Shown piece by piece: positions 1-8,159 of a stretch of DNA of 59,259 nucleotides. Where the stretch lies: assembly GCA_023244815.1 (NCBI GenBank), contig JAHFLQ010000004.1, forward strand, positions 1 through 59,259. The letters run 5' to 3'. The stretch comes from a bacterium (GTDB lineage: Bacteria > Patescibacteriota > Minisyncoccia > UBA6257 > WO2-44-18). A program made the translations under genes and the position numbers. The notes under the pieces are model-generated. The model saw only the letters and a list, made by a program, of their open reading frames with translations. It was not told the DNA's origin and made no database searches. Within the stretch, counting starts at the first letter, position 1, and every line of letters starts with the position of its first letter.

Positions 1-71
1 TGCCCCCACTAGGAATCGAACCTAGGTCAACTGGTTAAAAGCCAGCTGCTTTACCACTAAGCTATGGGGGC
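1..71 (-). tRNA. tRNA-Lys(UUU)
   Basis: Reverse complement folds as a cloverleaf: acceptor GCCCCCA/TGGGGGC, anticodon loop CTTTTAA, T-loop TTCGATT; no encoded CCA visible (window edge). Confidence 0.95.
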
Positions 72-136
72 AAATTACGAGACCCTTATAATAACTAATT
101 TTAACCCAAGTTTCAACTTTTGGAAATTTTTGACGA

Positions 137-165
137 TTGACAAGCCTTACAGGCTAGTATAGTCT
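137..165 (+). promoter_or_regulatory. sigma70-type promoter for ORF 193..669
   Basis: TTGACA (137-142), 17-bp spacer, TAGTCT (160-165); SD GGAGG at 183-187. Confidence 0.7.
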
Positions 166-192
166 GACAATGGTTCATTGAAGGAGGTTCAG

Positions 193-669
193 ATGAGGGC
201 TGTGCTGAGGAGTGTGTTGTTCGGGATTAGTGGGGGCATAATTGGCATCGCTATAATGCTTTTAGTTCACTACGGCTTTACTGTCGACACCGTGAAAACT
301 GGCAGAACTGGCAGAGCTAGCCTGGAATTGCCGCTTATTGACACGATGGTTTCCATTGTGGAGGACGGTGCGGTTCGATTTGCAGTTTTTGACTATGACA
401 AAAAGGACATTTGCTATTTTTATGTCCCGATGGAAAATGTGAATGTTCTCAAAAGAAGTGACGGCAACGGCCACACATCGGTGATATTCAAAAACCAAAG
501 CCCGCACGGTCTAAACGACAAGTACAAAGACGCTACCATTCTTGCACCATCTGTGGAAGACGTTATTGAATGGAGCATCTGGCTAAAAGAGATTCAAACA
601 AGCAACCAAGAATACCAAGAGTCAAAAAAGAAATTTTCCCCGCGTCGTGTTTTACCGCCTAATAAGTAA
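193..669 (+). CDS. membrane-anchored hypothetical protein, paralog 1 of 3 (C-terminal PRRVLPPN motif)
   Basis: ATG 193 after GGAGG (track start TTG 178 lies upstream of the SD); N-terminal hydrophobic segment; shares RxDG, YTS/HTS, A-x-IL-x-P, W-x2-W/Y-LK and PRRVLPPN motifs with the next two ORFs. Confidence 0.85.
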   Translation: MRAVLRSVLFGISGGIIGIAIMLLVHYGFTVDTVKTGRTGRASLELPLIDTMVSIVEDGAVRFAVFDYDKKDICYFYVPMENVNVLKRSDGNGHTSVIFKNQSPHGLNDKYKDATILAPSVEDVIEWSIWLKEIQTSNQEYQESKKKFSPRRVLPPNK

Positions 670-678
670 ACTAACTAG

Positions 679-752
679 CCCCGCTACATAAGCGGGGTTT
701 TTGTTTTGGTTGACTTTGATTGGCGGGTGTTATAGGCTAACAACGGTTCATT
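679..752 (+). repeat. 74-bp terminator+promoter module, copy 1
   Basis: Identical to 1205-1278; hairpin CCCCGC-tacataa-GCGGGG plus T-tract, then TTGACT (710-715)-17-TAGGCT (733-738). Confidence 0.95.
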
Positions 753-765
753 GAAGGAGGAACGT

Positions 766-1191
766 ATGGGCAGAAAGTGGCAACTTGTTTGGGTCATCTT
801 GCTGGTTGTCTATGTTGCGTTCTTTGGTTGGTTGTTGGCCCCTGGGTTTTTGAAGCCCGACAAGGAATTGCCGATGTTGAGAGCGAACTTTTTTTCGGCT
901 GATGGGGACACATGGGACATTCGCGCTATTCTTGATGGAAAAGAGAAATATTTCTCAGTACCCATAAATAATTTATCTGTCCAATTACGCAACGATGGAC
1001 AGCCGTATACCTCAATCAAGCTTATTAATTCGCTTCATCCGAGTGACTGGAGCTACAAAGCGGCGGTTATTCTGGCGCCAACACCGGATGATCGCGCTGA
1101 TTGGGAAAATTACTTAAAAGCAAGAAAGGAAGCCCACAAGGAATATCAAGATTCAAAGCTTGTGCCGCGCAGAGTTTTACCGCCTAATTAA
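766..1191 (+). CDS. membrane-anchored hypothetical protein, paralog 2 of 3
   Basis: ATG 766 after AAGGAGG; N-terminal TM segment; ends VPRRVLPPN. Confidence 0.85.
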   Translation: MGRKWQLVWVILLVVYVAFFGWLLAPGFLKPDKELPMLRANFFSADGDTWDIRAILDGKEKYFSVPINNLSVQLRNDGQPYTSIKLINSLHPSDWSYKAAVILAPTPDDRADWENYLKARKEAHKEYQDSKLVPRRVLPPN

Positions 1192-1204
1192 ATAAACTAG
1201 CTAA

Positions 1205-1278
1205 CCCCGCTACATAAGCGGGGTTTTTGTTTTGGTTGACTTTGATTGGCGGGTGTTATAGGCTAACAACGGTTCATT
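1205..1278 (+). repeat. 74-bp terminator+promoter module, copy 2
   Basis: Identical to 679-752. Confidence 0.95.
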
Positions 1279-1302
1279 TACGGTTTATTTAAGGAGGTTT
1301 TT

Positions 1303-1767
1303 GTGAAGCTGTGGCTGATCCCGTTGGCACTTGTTTTACTCCTCGGTGTTTGCATTTATGGTGTGTACAATTCTGATAAGCCAACTGATGAGCCAACTTA
1401 TCCGCCCGGCGAAGACCCGCAAACTTTCAACCTTTCAGCTGCTTGGCCCTGGTACGGCTGCGTTGAGTTTTCGACCATCGAAGTTAATCATAGTGGCGAT
1501 CCTTGGAAGCTAATCGTTGATTTGAAGAAGATTGACGTGAAAGCAAGAAGTGATGGACAGTTATATACCAGCGCAACTTTTTTTAAACACAGGCCACCCT
1601 ACGATACTTTCAAGTATCGGCCAGCCTATGAATCCGCGACTATTTTGGTGCCAGCGGAAGATGTTGAGAGTTGGAATCGCTGGATTAAGAAAGAGCTTGT
1701 AGCGGAACAAGCAGCAGAGACAAGAAGGCGAGCAGACTTTCTCCCGCACCGGTTTTTACCAAGATAG
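1303..1767 (+). CDS. membrane-anchored hypothetical protein, paralog 3 of 3
   Basis: GTG after AAGGAGG (1291-1297); N-terminal TM/signal; RSDGQLYTS, ATILVP and PHRFLPR match the paralog motifs. Confidence 0.8.
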   Translation: MKLWLIPLALVLLLGVCIYGVYNSDKPTDEPTYPPGEDPQTFNLSAAWPWYGCVEFSTIEVNHSGDPWKLIVDLKKIDVKARSDGQLYTSATFFKHRPPYDTFKYRPAYESATILVPAEDVESWNRWIKKELVAEQAAETRRRADFLPHRFLPR

Positions 1768-1805
1768 TAAACTAGCTAACCCCGCTACATAAGCGGGGTT
1801 TTGTT
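1768..1805 (+). terminator. third, terminator-only copy of the module
   Basis: TAAACTAGCTAACCCCGCTACATAAGCGGGGTTTTGTT matches 1193-1231 except one T; followed by a different promoter TTGACT (1814-1819)-17-TAATCT. Confidence 0.9.
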
Positions 1806-1870
1806 ACGGACATTTGACTTATTTAATTATATATGTTAATCTCTTTTCAGAATATTGAAAGGAGAAAGCG

Positions 1871-2260
1871 ATGGACAGAGTCCCAGAAACGGACGAAGAG
1901 AAGGAGTGGGCCAACGATGTTTTCGCTGACTTATTGCTCGATGCGGTGAAGCGTCTTACTACCCCAGATCGTTGGGTCACGATTCTTCTTAAGTTTGAGA
2001 AGAAGATACAAGAAGAATCGGGAGCAATTCGTCCGCTTACCAGCTCCGCTCGTGAAAAAAGACACGAAGAAGTGAGGACCATTTTCCAACCTTGGAGGGA
2101 TGCCGAAGTGCCGGAATTTAGAGCACCCACCATCATCACGGAAATGCAGATTCGTGATGCGCTCTTTAAAAAGCTTGAAGAGCTGGTGCCAAAGAAGCAT
2201 TGGAGATTAGCCGTAGCGACTTTTAACGAACACGTTCGGCAAGTGCTGGAATTCTCCTAG
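1871..2260 (+). CDS. hypothetical protein (129 aa, helical)
   Basis: ATG with SD AAAGGAG, own promoter and downstream terminator; no recognisable motif. Confidence 0.75.
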   Translation: MDRVPETDEEKEWANDVFADLLLDAVKRLTTPDRWVTILLKFEKKIQEESGAIRPLTSSAREKRHEEVRTIFQPWRDAEVPEFRAPTIITEMQIRDALFKKLEELVPKKHWRLAVATFNEHVRQVLEFS

Positions 2261-2270
2261 CAGTATTGAT

Positions 2271-2296
2271 CCTCCGCTTGGTGCGGAGGGTTTTTA
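2271..2296 (+). terminator. intrinsic terminator
   Basis: CCTCCGC/GCGGAGG stem followed by T6. Confidence 0.8.
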
Positions 2297-2360
2297 TTTG
2301 CGATTGGCAAATTAAATTATCCGTGGTATTTTTTGGCTAGGACATTGAAGGAGAAATTTG

Positions 2361-2642
2361 ATGGCGAAGATCATCAAGCCAGGTAAAAAGAAGAGAACCA
2401 GCGGTCCGTGGATTGGCAAGAAAATAAAATGCACGGAGTGCGGATGCTGCTTTACATTGGAGAAGGGTGATCGAGTAAGAGAAACTTTTCACAGTATTAT
2501 GGCCAGGTCAGTTCGTTCGGCGGGCCTAGGTATGTCAACTACTTATAGACGTACGATACCTCTGGGCATATTTGTTTTTAACACGACCTGTCCTTATTGC
2601 GGGGATGGGTTTGAGTTCAGATGCAAAGGAGACGTGCGGTGA
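2361..2642 (+). CDS. small Zn-ribbon-like hypothetical protein
   Basis: CTECGC and CPYCG (two CxxC pairs); SD AAGGAG; promoter TTGGCA-17-TATTTT upstream. Confidence 0.7.
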   Translation: MAKIIKPGKKKRTSGPWIGKKIKCTECGCCFTLEKGDRVRETFHSIMARSVRSAGLGMSTTYRRTIPLGIFVFNTTCPYCGDGFEFRCKGDVR

Positions 2643-2724
2643 AAGTTTTTAAATGGCTAGACTGTTTTTTTCTTAAGATTGCTAAGTTCTTACACTTGGA
2701 CTAATATCGTGTGAAAAAAAATTA

Positions 2725-2751
2725 TCCTCGCAAAACCAGCGAGGACTTTTT
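2725..2751 (+). terminator. intrinsic terminator
   Basis: TCCTCGC/GCGAGGA stem plus T-rich tail. Confidence 0.7.
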
Positions 2752-2818
2752 ATTTACTGTACAAATTTAATAGTTGTGTTATCTTAGTCGCAGCACGTTG
2801 ATTTATGGGAGCATTAGC

Positions 2819-4084
2819 ATGTTGGGCCTAGTAATCAATCTTACCTTTCTTGTATCGGTCACCTTTTTTGTCTGTTTTTTAGCGGTTGCCACTTATCGTG
2901 TTGTTTGCGATTCAGAAGAAGTAAAAAATAAGGAAAAACGAGCAAAGCTACTCAAGCCTATTGAAGGCGTCTTTAATCCAAAAGAAGAGTTGATTAGAAT
3001 TCGCCAAACGCCCAAATCGGATCGCAGACAAAAACTGAATGAGTACAAGAAAAAATTAGCCAATCAAATAGCCGGATTAGCTATGGTTCAAACAGAAGTT
3101 ATTCAGGCCATTAGGAAAAATCCAGACAGCTCGCCTAAAGAGCTGATAGAAATGGCAAGGAGTTTAGGCGCAGGGTTTGGAATGAGCAAGAAGCAGTTCT
3201 ATTCGGCCAAAAAGATCTTGCAAAAGTATTGCATAAGACGCGCGAAAATAAGAAAGGCAAGAAGAAGAAGGTATCCTGACGATAAACGAATTTATCGGGC
3301 TGCATTTGGCGAAAATCCATCCAGCGCTGTCAGAGTCATAGAAAGTCCGTTCGTGCTTTATTTTTGTTGCGCGAATTTAGACGACTATGTCCGGATTTAC
3401 TTTTCTGATGCAGGCCCAACGTATCGGAATAAAAATGCAGAGAAAATGAATAAATCCGGTGGCGTATATAAGCCCCAGCTTGTAGTGTTCGGCGCTAAGG
3501 GGATAGTTGCGGCTGAAAAATCAAATGCTGGCCGCTTTAGTCGTGGCGTGTCTCCGCGCGTTTACAAACACGAAGAACAGCACGCCATCAATGCGCTTGT
3601 TGGAAGCAAAACACCGGAAAATTTTCATGAGGAATCCATACCCTACGGTCCAATTGAGCCCCTAACTCTGAAGCTAAAAAGATTTATATGCTCTAGGTGT
3701 CGTATGGTGGAGGCGCAAGCGCATGACGAGTTGCTGGCTTTCTTTACCTGCCCATCGGACGAGGTGGACGAAGTCTTCAGGTGGCTAACCAACACAGCGG
3801 CAGAAGGTGGGTCTTATGATTACTTAGACGAGGAAAGGAAATCACTCTTGGCGTATTTTGATGAGAATGGTGTTTGCTACTACCGGCAAATAGCCAAGGA
3901 AGTAGTTACTAAGGTTCTCCGAGACGAATATCGCGAACTGATTCGTACCGGCCTGAATGCCTTTCAACAGCTCTTAGGGCTTGGTTTTTCCAGAGAAGAG
4001 GCGATTGCTATTCTGGGTCATGAACCGCTAAGGCGATGGAGGAAGCTGGCTAATAGGCTTGCCGATACCGTTAAATCAAATTAA
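2819..4084 (+). CDS. membrane-anchored protein with HExxH motif (putative zincin-like metalloprotease)
   Basis: ATG 2819 after GGAG; N-terminal TM; KHEEQHAIN motif and downstream HDELLAF. Confidence 0.7.
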   Translation: MLGLVINLTFLVSVTFFVCFLAVATYRVVCDSEEVKNKEKRAKLLKPIEGVFNPKEELIRIRQTPKSDRRQKLNEYKKKLANQIAGLAMVQTEVIQAIRKNPDSSPKELIEMARSLGAGFGMSKKQFYSAKKILQKYCIRRAKIRKARRRRYPDDKRIYRAAFGENPSSAVRVIESPFVLYFCCANLDDYVRIYFSDAGPTYRNKNAEKMNKSGGVYKPQLVVFGAKGIVAAEKSNAGRFSRGVSPRVYKHEEQHAINALVGSKTPENFHEESIPYGPIEPLTLKLKRFICSRCRMVEAQAHDELLAFFTCPSDEVDEVFRWLTNTAAEGGSYDYLDEERKSLLAYFDENGVCYYRQIAKEVVTKVLRDEYRELIRTGLNAFQQLLGLGFSREEAIAILGHEPLRRWRKLANRLADTVKSN

Positions 4085-4086
4085 AA

Positions 4087-4110
4087 CCCCGCACAAGCGG
4101 GGGATTTTTT
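4087..4110 (+). terminator. intrinsic terminator
   Basis: CCCCGC-acaa-GCGGGG followed by T-tract, 2 nt after the stop. Confidence 0.85.
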
Positions 4111-4166
4111 ATTTCTGTACAAATTTTAAAGATTATGTTATTTTGGGCACAGTACCTTAACTCTTT

Positions 4167-4895
4167 ATGGAGGTGCGCTTGAAAGATTTAAAGATTTTCC
4201 AAAAGCTGATTGGTTACGAATTCAAGAACCTGAATTTGTTAGAAGAGGCGCTGACGCATAGTTCCTATCCGAACGAACACAAAGATTGGCCCTACAAATC
4301 AAATGAGAGGTTGGAGATGTTGGGTGATTCGGTTCTAGAGCTTGCGGCTACCGACGAGCTATTTAGAAAATTTCCTAAGTTCGCAGAAGGAGATTTAACT
4401 GCCGCTCGGAGCGCTATGGTTAATAACAAAACCCTGTCTAAGATTGCCGAAAAGCTCAACATCGCGGATTGGATATTTGTATCACGCGGTGAAGCTAAGA
4501 GTTCTGAAAAGCCGCGGAACGCTATGGCGGTGAGGGCACTCGAAGCAATTATCGGCGCCATCTATATGGATGCCGGCCACGACATTGCTAAAAAGTTTGT
4601 ACAGGAGCGCGTCCTACGTCAACTTATGAATTACATGGCCTTACTTGGCGGCGGATCCTATCGTGACGCGAAAAGTTATCTTCAAGAAAAGATGCAATCA
4701 GAAAAGGGGATTACATCAACATACCGGACGTTAAAAGAAACAGGACCAGAAAATGAAAAGGTATTTGTGGTGGGCGTTTATGCAGATAGCGAACTGCTAG
4801 GTATGGGGTCCGGTTCTTCCAAGAAAGAAGCGGAACAATGTGCCGCAAAGCATGCCCTTGATCAACTTAGCGCCAAAAAGGAGGCGATGAGATGA
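4167..4895 (+). CDS. rnc: ribonuclease III (divergent)
   Basis: NERLEMLGDSVL signature, LEAIIGAIYMD, C-terminal dsRBD (DAKSYLQE...GSSKKEAEQ); the real start may be TTG 4179 after GGAGG. Confidence 0.92.
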   Translation: MEVRLKDLKIFQKLIGYEFKNLNLLEEALTHSSYPNEHKDWPYKSNERLEMLGDSVLELAATDELFRKFPKFAEGDLTAARSAMVNNKTLSKIAEKLNIADWIFVSRGEAKSSEKPRNAMAVRALEAIIGAIYMDAGHDIAKKFVQERVLRQLMNYMALLGGGSYRDAKSYLQEKMQSEKGITSTYRTLKETGPENEKVFVVGVYADSELLGMGSGSSKKEAEQCAAKHALDQLSAKKEAMR

Positions 4896-5830
4896 AACTA
4901 AGCAAAAAGCTGAACATATTAGAAATGTACTGCTTAGATCTGGAAAAATTTGAAAGAATTTCACCACAAGAAGAAAAAAGGCTAATTGCGGCGATTAGCA
5001 AGGCTCAGAAAGACAACAATCAGCAGCTGGCGATCCGACTTCGTAATGAGCTCGTGGAGATTAATTTAAGATTGGCGCTGATGGTGGGTAAAAGATTCGC
5101 TCGGTATCTTGATATTCGATCGAAAAGTGTGGATGAGTTAGACCTTATCCAAGAAGCAAATCTCGGATTAATCAAGGCAGCTGAATCATTCAATCCAAAA
5201 AGAGGGTTTCGGTTTTCTACTTACGCCTATTCTGTTATAGAGGGTTACGTAAAAAATTTTGTTCGTGACCGTCTTAGATTTATTCGGGTTCCTGCTGATT
5301 GCCAGAGAATGGTTTTCAGGGCGCGTGAAGCGTCGGTTGCCGATAATGGTCGTACGCCTACTTTGCAGGAAATATCTGAAGCGATGAAGATTTCGAAGGA
5401 AGACGCAATGCTTCTCACGGCCATAATTAACACCCGTGTATCGTCCTTGGACACGGAGATTGCTGATGGCATGAAGCTTGTAAATAAAGTTGCTTCCAGG
5501 CGTCTTTCTAGTAGTCAGGTGCTTGAAGCAAAGGAAGCACTGTCGGAAATTTTCCAAGCTATGGGTGGACTACCAGAAGAAGTAGCCAAAGTATCAACTT
5601 TGAAGGAATACCAGATATTTTTTCATCGATACGGCCTTGACGGAAGCCACCAATTTAAAGATACTACAGAAATTGGCAGACGGTTTCGCATAACAAATGA
5701 AAGGGTTCGTCAGATTATTAATGAGGTTTGGAAAAAACTGAAAGAAGCACGCCTTTGGTCTGGCGAAAGTAAACTTTGCGAGTTTCTTAGTCAGTTTGAT
5801 AAACTCGAAGGTATAATTGCCGCAAATTAA
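4892..5830 (+). CDS. sigma-70 family RNA polymerase sigma factor (RpoD/RpoS-like fold, degenerate region 2.3-2.4)
   Basis: DLIQEANLGLIKAAESFNPKRGFRFSTYA (region 2), PTLQEISEAM (region 3), EIGRRFRITNERVRQI (region 4.2); ATGA overlap with rnc. Confidence 0.88.
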   Translation: MKLSKKLNILEMYCLDLEKFERISPQEEKRLIAAISKAQKDNNQQLAIRLRNELVEINLRLALMVGKRFARYLDIRSKSVDELDLIQEANLGLIKAAESFNPKRGFRFSTYAYSVIEGYVKNFVRDRLRFIRVPADCQRMVFRAREASVADNGRTPTLQEISEAMKISKEDAMLLTAIINTRVSSLDTEIADGMKLVNKVASRRLSSSQVLEAKEALSEIFQAMGGLPEEVAKVSTLKEYQIFFHRYGLDGSHQFKDTTEIGRRFRITNERVRQIINEVWKKLKEARLWSGESKLCEFLSQFDKLEGIIAAN

Positions 5831-5857
5831 AATCCCGCAATTGATTGCGGGATTTTT
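5831..5857 (+). terminator. intrinsic terminator
   Basis: AATCCCGCAA/TTGCGGGATT 10-bp stem plus T-tract directly after the stop. Confidence 0.85.
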
Positions 5858-5910
5858 AATCGACAAGAAATGCCTTGTGGGGCAACCGGTCCCGTTTTTA
5901 TTTTAACGGG

Positions 5911-6186
5911 CTATTTTGTGTCGGGCTTTTTCGAATCCTCTTTCTCAACCATTTTATCTAGCCAGAAGAGAAGTCCGGCGATAACGATGAATGCCAAAAG
6001 ACCAATACAGGCGGTGGGCACAGCTTCTTTTTGAGGAGTGCATTTGATTAGTACGACCAGCATAATAATGGTAATCGGAATCAGAAAACAGCCGCTAAGA
6101 ATGCCCACGCCATCTTTTAGGTACAGCCATACGTGCCAAACGATAAAGCCAACGGCAGCTCCAACCAAAACCGAAAACATCACCAT
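5911..6186 (-). CDS. small membrane protein (3 TM)
   Basis: Three hydrophobic segments; SD AGGAG upstream on the minus strand. Confidence 0.7.
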   Translation of the reverse strand: MVMFSVLVGAAVGFIVWHVWLYLKDGVGILSGCFLIPITIIMLVVLIKCTPQKEAVPTACIGLLAFIVIAGLLFWLDKMVEKEDSKKPDTK

Positions 6187-6276
6187 TGCCCAGCTCCTAA
6201 AAACTTTCTAAAAGAAACTTTGCTTAATATACTACATTCAAAATAAATATAAAAGAGGCCAATTAAAAAACCGCGT

Positions 6277-6759
6277 TTAACGCGGTTTTTCTAAAATTTT
6301 GTAGCTTCTTATCTCAAGCCACCAAGTTCCCTTTATGTTAGTTTTTTTACCATCGAGATCTTCCAGGGTAAAACTTTCTAGCGTGTATGTGTACCTATGC
6401 CTGACGTAAAAAGTTACTTCGATAACTGCTCCTCTCGCAAAATCGTTAGTGGTGCCAGGCGTTGCTAGAAAGTAGTTTACGCCGTCGGAATTCACTACAC
6501 AGGTTGTTACGGGTTCTTCTCGGTTCTCGTGTTCCAGCAAGCTCAGACGTCTGGTTGAGGAGCCCACATAAATAAGGCATCCTTTTATGTACTTCTCTGC
6601 CGCCTGCTCAGATTTCAGGATTTTTGGAGTTTCATCTGAAGAACAGCTACGCAACAGGAAACTGCCAAACAACCACAAAAGGATATACAGCACTGCCGTG
6701 ATCGTAAAGCAAATCAAGAGGTCGAATTCTCCTCTTTGCGCCACAAGTTTTCGCGGCAC
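6277..6759 (-). CDS. membrane-anchored hypothetical protein
   Basis: GTG at 6759 after AAAGGA; promoter TTGACA-17-TACATT lies inside the longer track ORF (6277..6837); N-terminal TM; terminator 6265-6290 overlaps the stop. Confidence 0.75.
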   Translation of the reverse strand: MPRKLVAQRGEFDLLICFTITAVLYILLWLFGSFLLRSCSSDETPKILKSEQAAEKYIKGCLIYVGSSTRRLSLLEHENREEPVTTCVVNSDGVNYFLATPGTTNDFARGAVIEVTFYVRHRYTYTLESFTLEDLDGKKTNIKGTWWLEIRSYKILEKPR

Positions 6760-6862
6760 AGTTCGTCCTTTCAATGAACGGTCATTAATGTAATGTAAAT
6801 AATTTAAATTGTCAAGATTGGTTGCTTCAAAAATCAAAATAAGTTATATTCATTTCTATTAA

Positions 6863-8152
6863 ATGAACTCAAGAGGTAAGACCAGTTTTTTTCTATTTTT
6901 AATAATCTTGCTCGCCCTCGTCAGCGGGTTTTTTGTTTTTCCAAAGGGTCTGGGCGGTCGCGCATTGCCGTGGCATCTTGGCCTGGATTTGGTGGGCGGC
7001 AGTTATTTGGTTTACCGAGTAGATATGACAGACGTTGCTTCCGGCGACCGGAGTTCGGTACACGGAGGCATACGGGACGTAATGGAGCGGCGCGTGAATG
7101 TTTTCGGCGTCAGTGAGCCGCGCGTTACTACCGCCAAAGTCGGCGATTCCTATCAGATCATTGTTGAGTTGGCTGGCATCAAGGATGTTGAGCAGGCGAT
7201 TCAGCAAATCGGACGGACGGCACTTTTAGATTTCCGGGAAGTGATTCAGGCTCCTCCGATACCCGGTAGGGAAGCGACGACGCAGAAGTTAAACGAAAAG
7301 CCTTTGTTTGTCCCGACTAAGCTCACCGGCCGTTACCTGAAAAAAGCGGAGATTGGCACCAACCCCAATACCAACCAGCCACTTATTTTAATTACTTTTA
7401 ACGAAGATGGGGCGAAGCTTTTTGAAGAAATGACCGCAAAATTAGTAGGAAAACCGCTGGCAATTTTTCTAGATGATGAACTGATTTCGTCGCCGACCGT
7501 GCGGGAAGCCATTAGCGGCGGCAATGCCCAGATTACCGGCAATTTTACCTTCGACGAAGTCAAGAAACTGGTGAGTTTATTCAATGCCGGCGCTTTACCG
7601 GCCCCGATTTCGCTCATCAGCCAGCAAACCGTTGGAGCGTCGCTTGGATTAGATTCTTTGACCAAAGCAATCGTTGCTGGCCTGATCGGCGCGCTCGCGA
7701 TTATGCTGTTTATGGCTGTTTACTACCGGAAACTTGGCCTGGTCGCGTCGCTGGCGCTTCTATTCTACATAGCGTTTTCTCTCGCGGTTTTTAAACTGTT
7801 TGGCATTACGATGACACTCGCCGGCATTGCCGGATTCGTGCTTTCTATCGGCATGGCGGTGGACGCGAATATTCTGGTTTTTGCCCGCACCAAAGAGGAG
7901 CTGGCTAAAGGAGTTTCCAACACCGGTGCCCTGGAAGAGGGTTTCCGACGCGCCTGGCCATCTATCCGTGACTCCAACATCAGCACCATGATCACCTCGG
8001 CAATTTTGTACTATCTCACCTCGAGTTTCGTCCGCGGTTTCGCGCTGACTTTGTTTCTTGGTGTGATTGTCAGTATGTTCAGCGCCATTACTGTTACCAG
8101 AGTTATTCTGCGAATTTTTACCAAAGACAAACCGCTAGCCACCAGCCGCTAA
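6863..8152 (+). CDS. secD: protein translocase subunit SecD
   Basis: LGLDLVGG, RRVNVFGVSEP, GMAVDANILVFAR, DSNISTMI motifs. Confidence 0.97.
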   Translation: MNSRGKTSFFLFLIILLALVSGFFVFPKGLGGRALPWHLGLDLVGGSYLVYRVDMTDVASGDRSSVHGGIRDVMERRVNVFGVSEPRVTTAKVGDSYQIIVELAGIKDVEQAIQQIGRTALLDFREVIQAPPIPGREATTQKLNEKPLFVPTKLTGRYLKKAEIGTNPNTNQPLILITFNEDGAKLFEEMTAKLVGKPLAIFLDDELISSPTVREAISGGNAQITGNFTFDEVKKLVSLFNAGALPAPISLISQQTVGASLGLDSLTKAIVAGLIGALAIMLFMAVYYRKLGLVASLALLFYIAFSLAVFKLFGITMTLAGIAGFVLSIGMAVDANILVFARTKEELAKGVSNTGALEEGFRRAWPSIRDSNISTMITSAILYYLTSSFVRGFALTLFLGVIVSMFSAITVTRVILRIFTKDKPLATSR

Positions 8153-8159
8153 CAAAAAA

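Noticed and set aside
668-1805. Integron cassette array (attC sites)
   Set aside because: The repeats read as terminator+promoter, lack RYYYAAC/GTTRRRY ends and attC-style bulges, and there is no integron integrase in the window.
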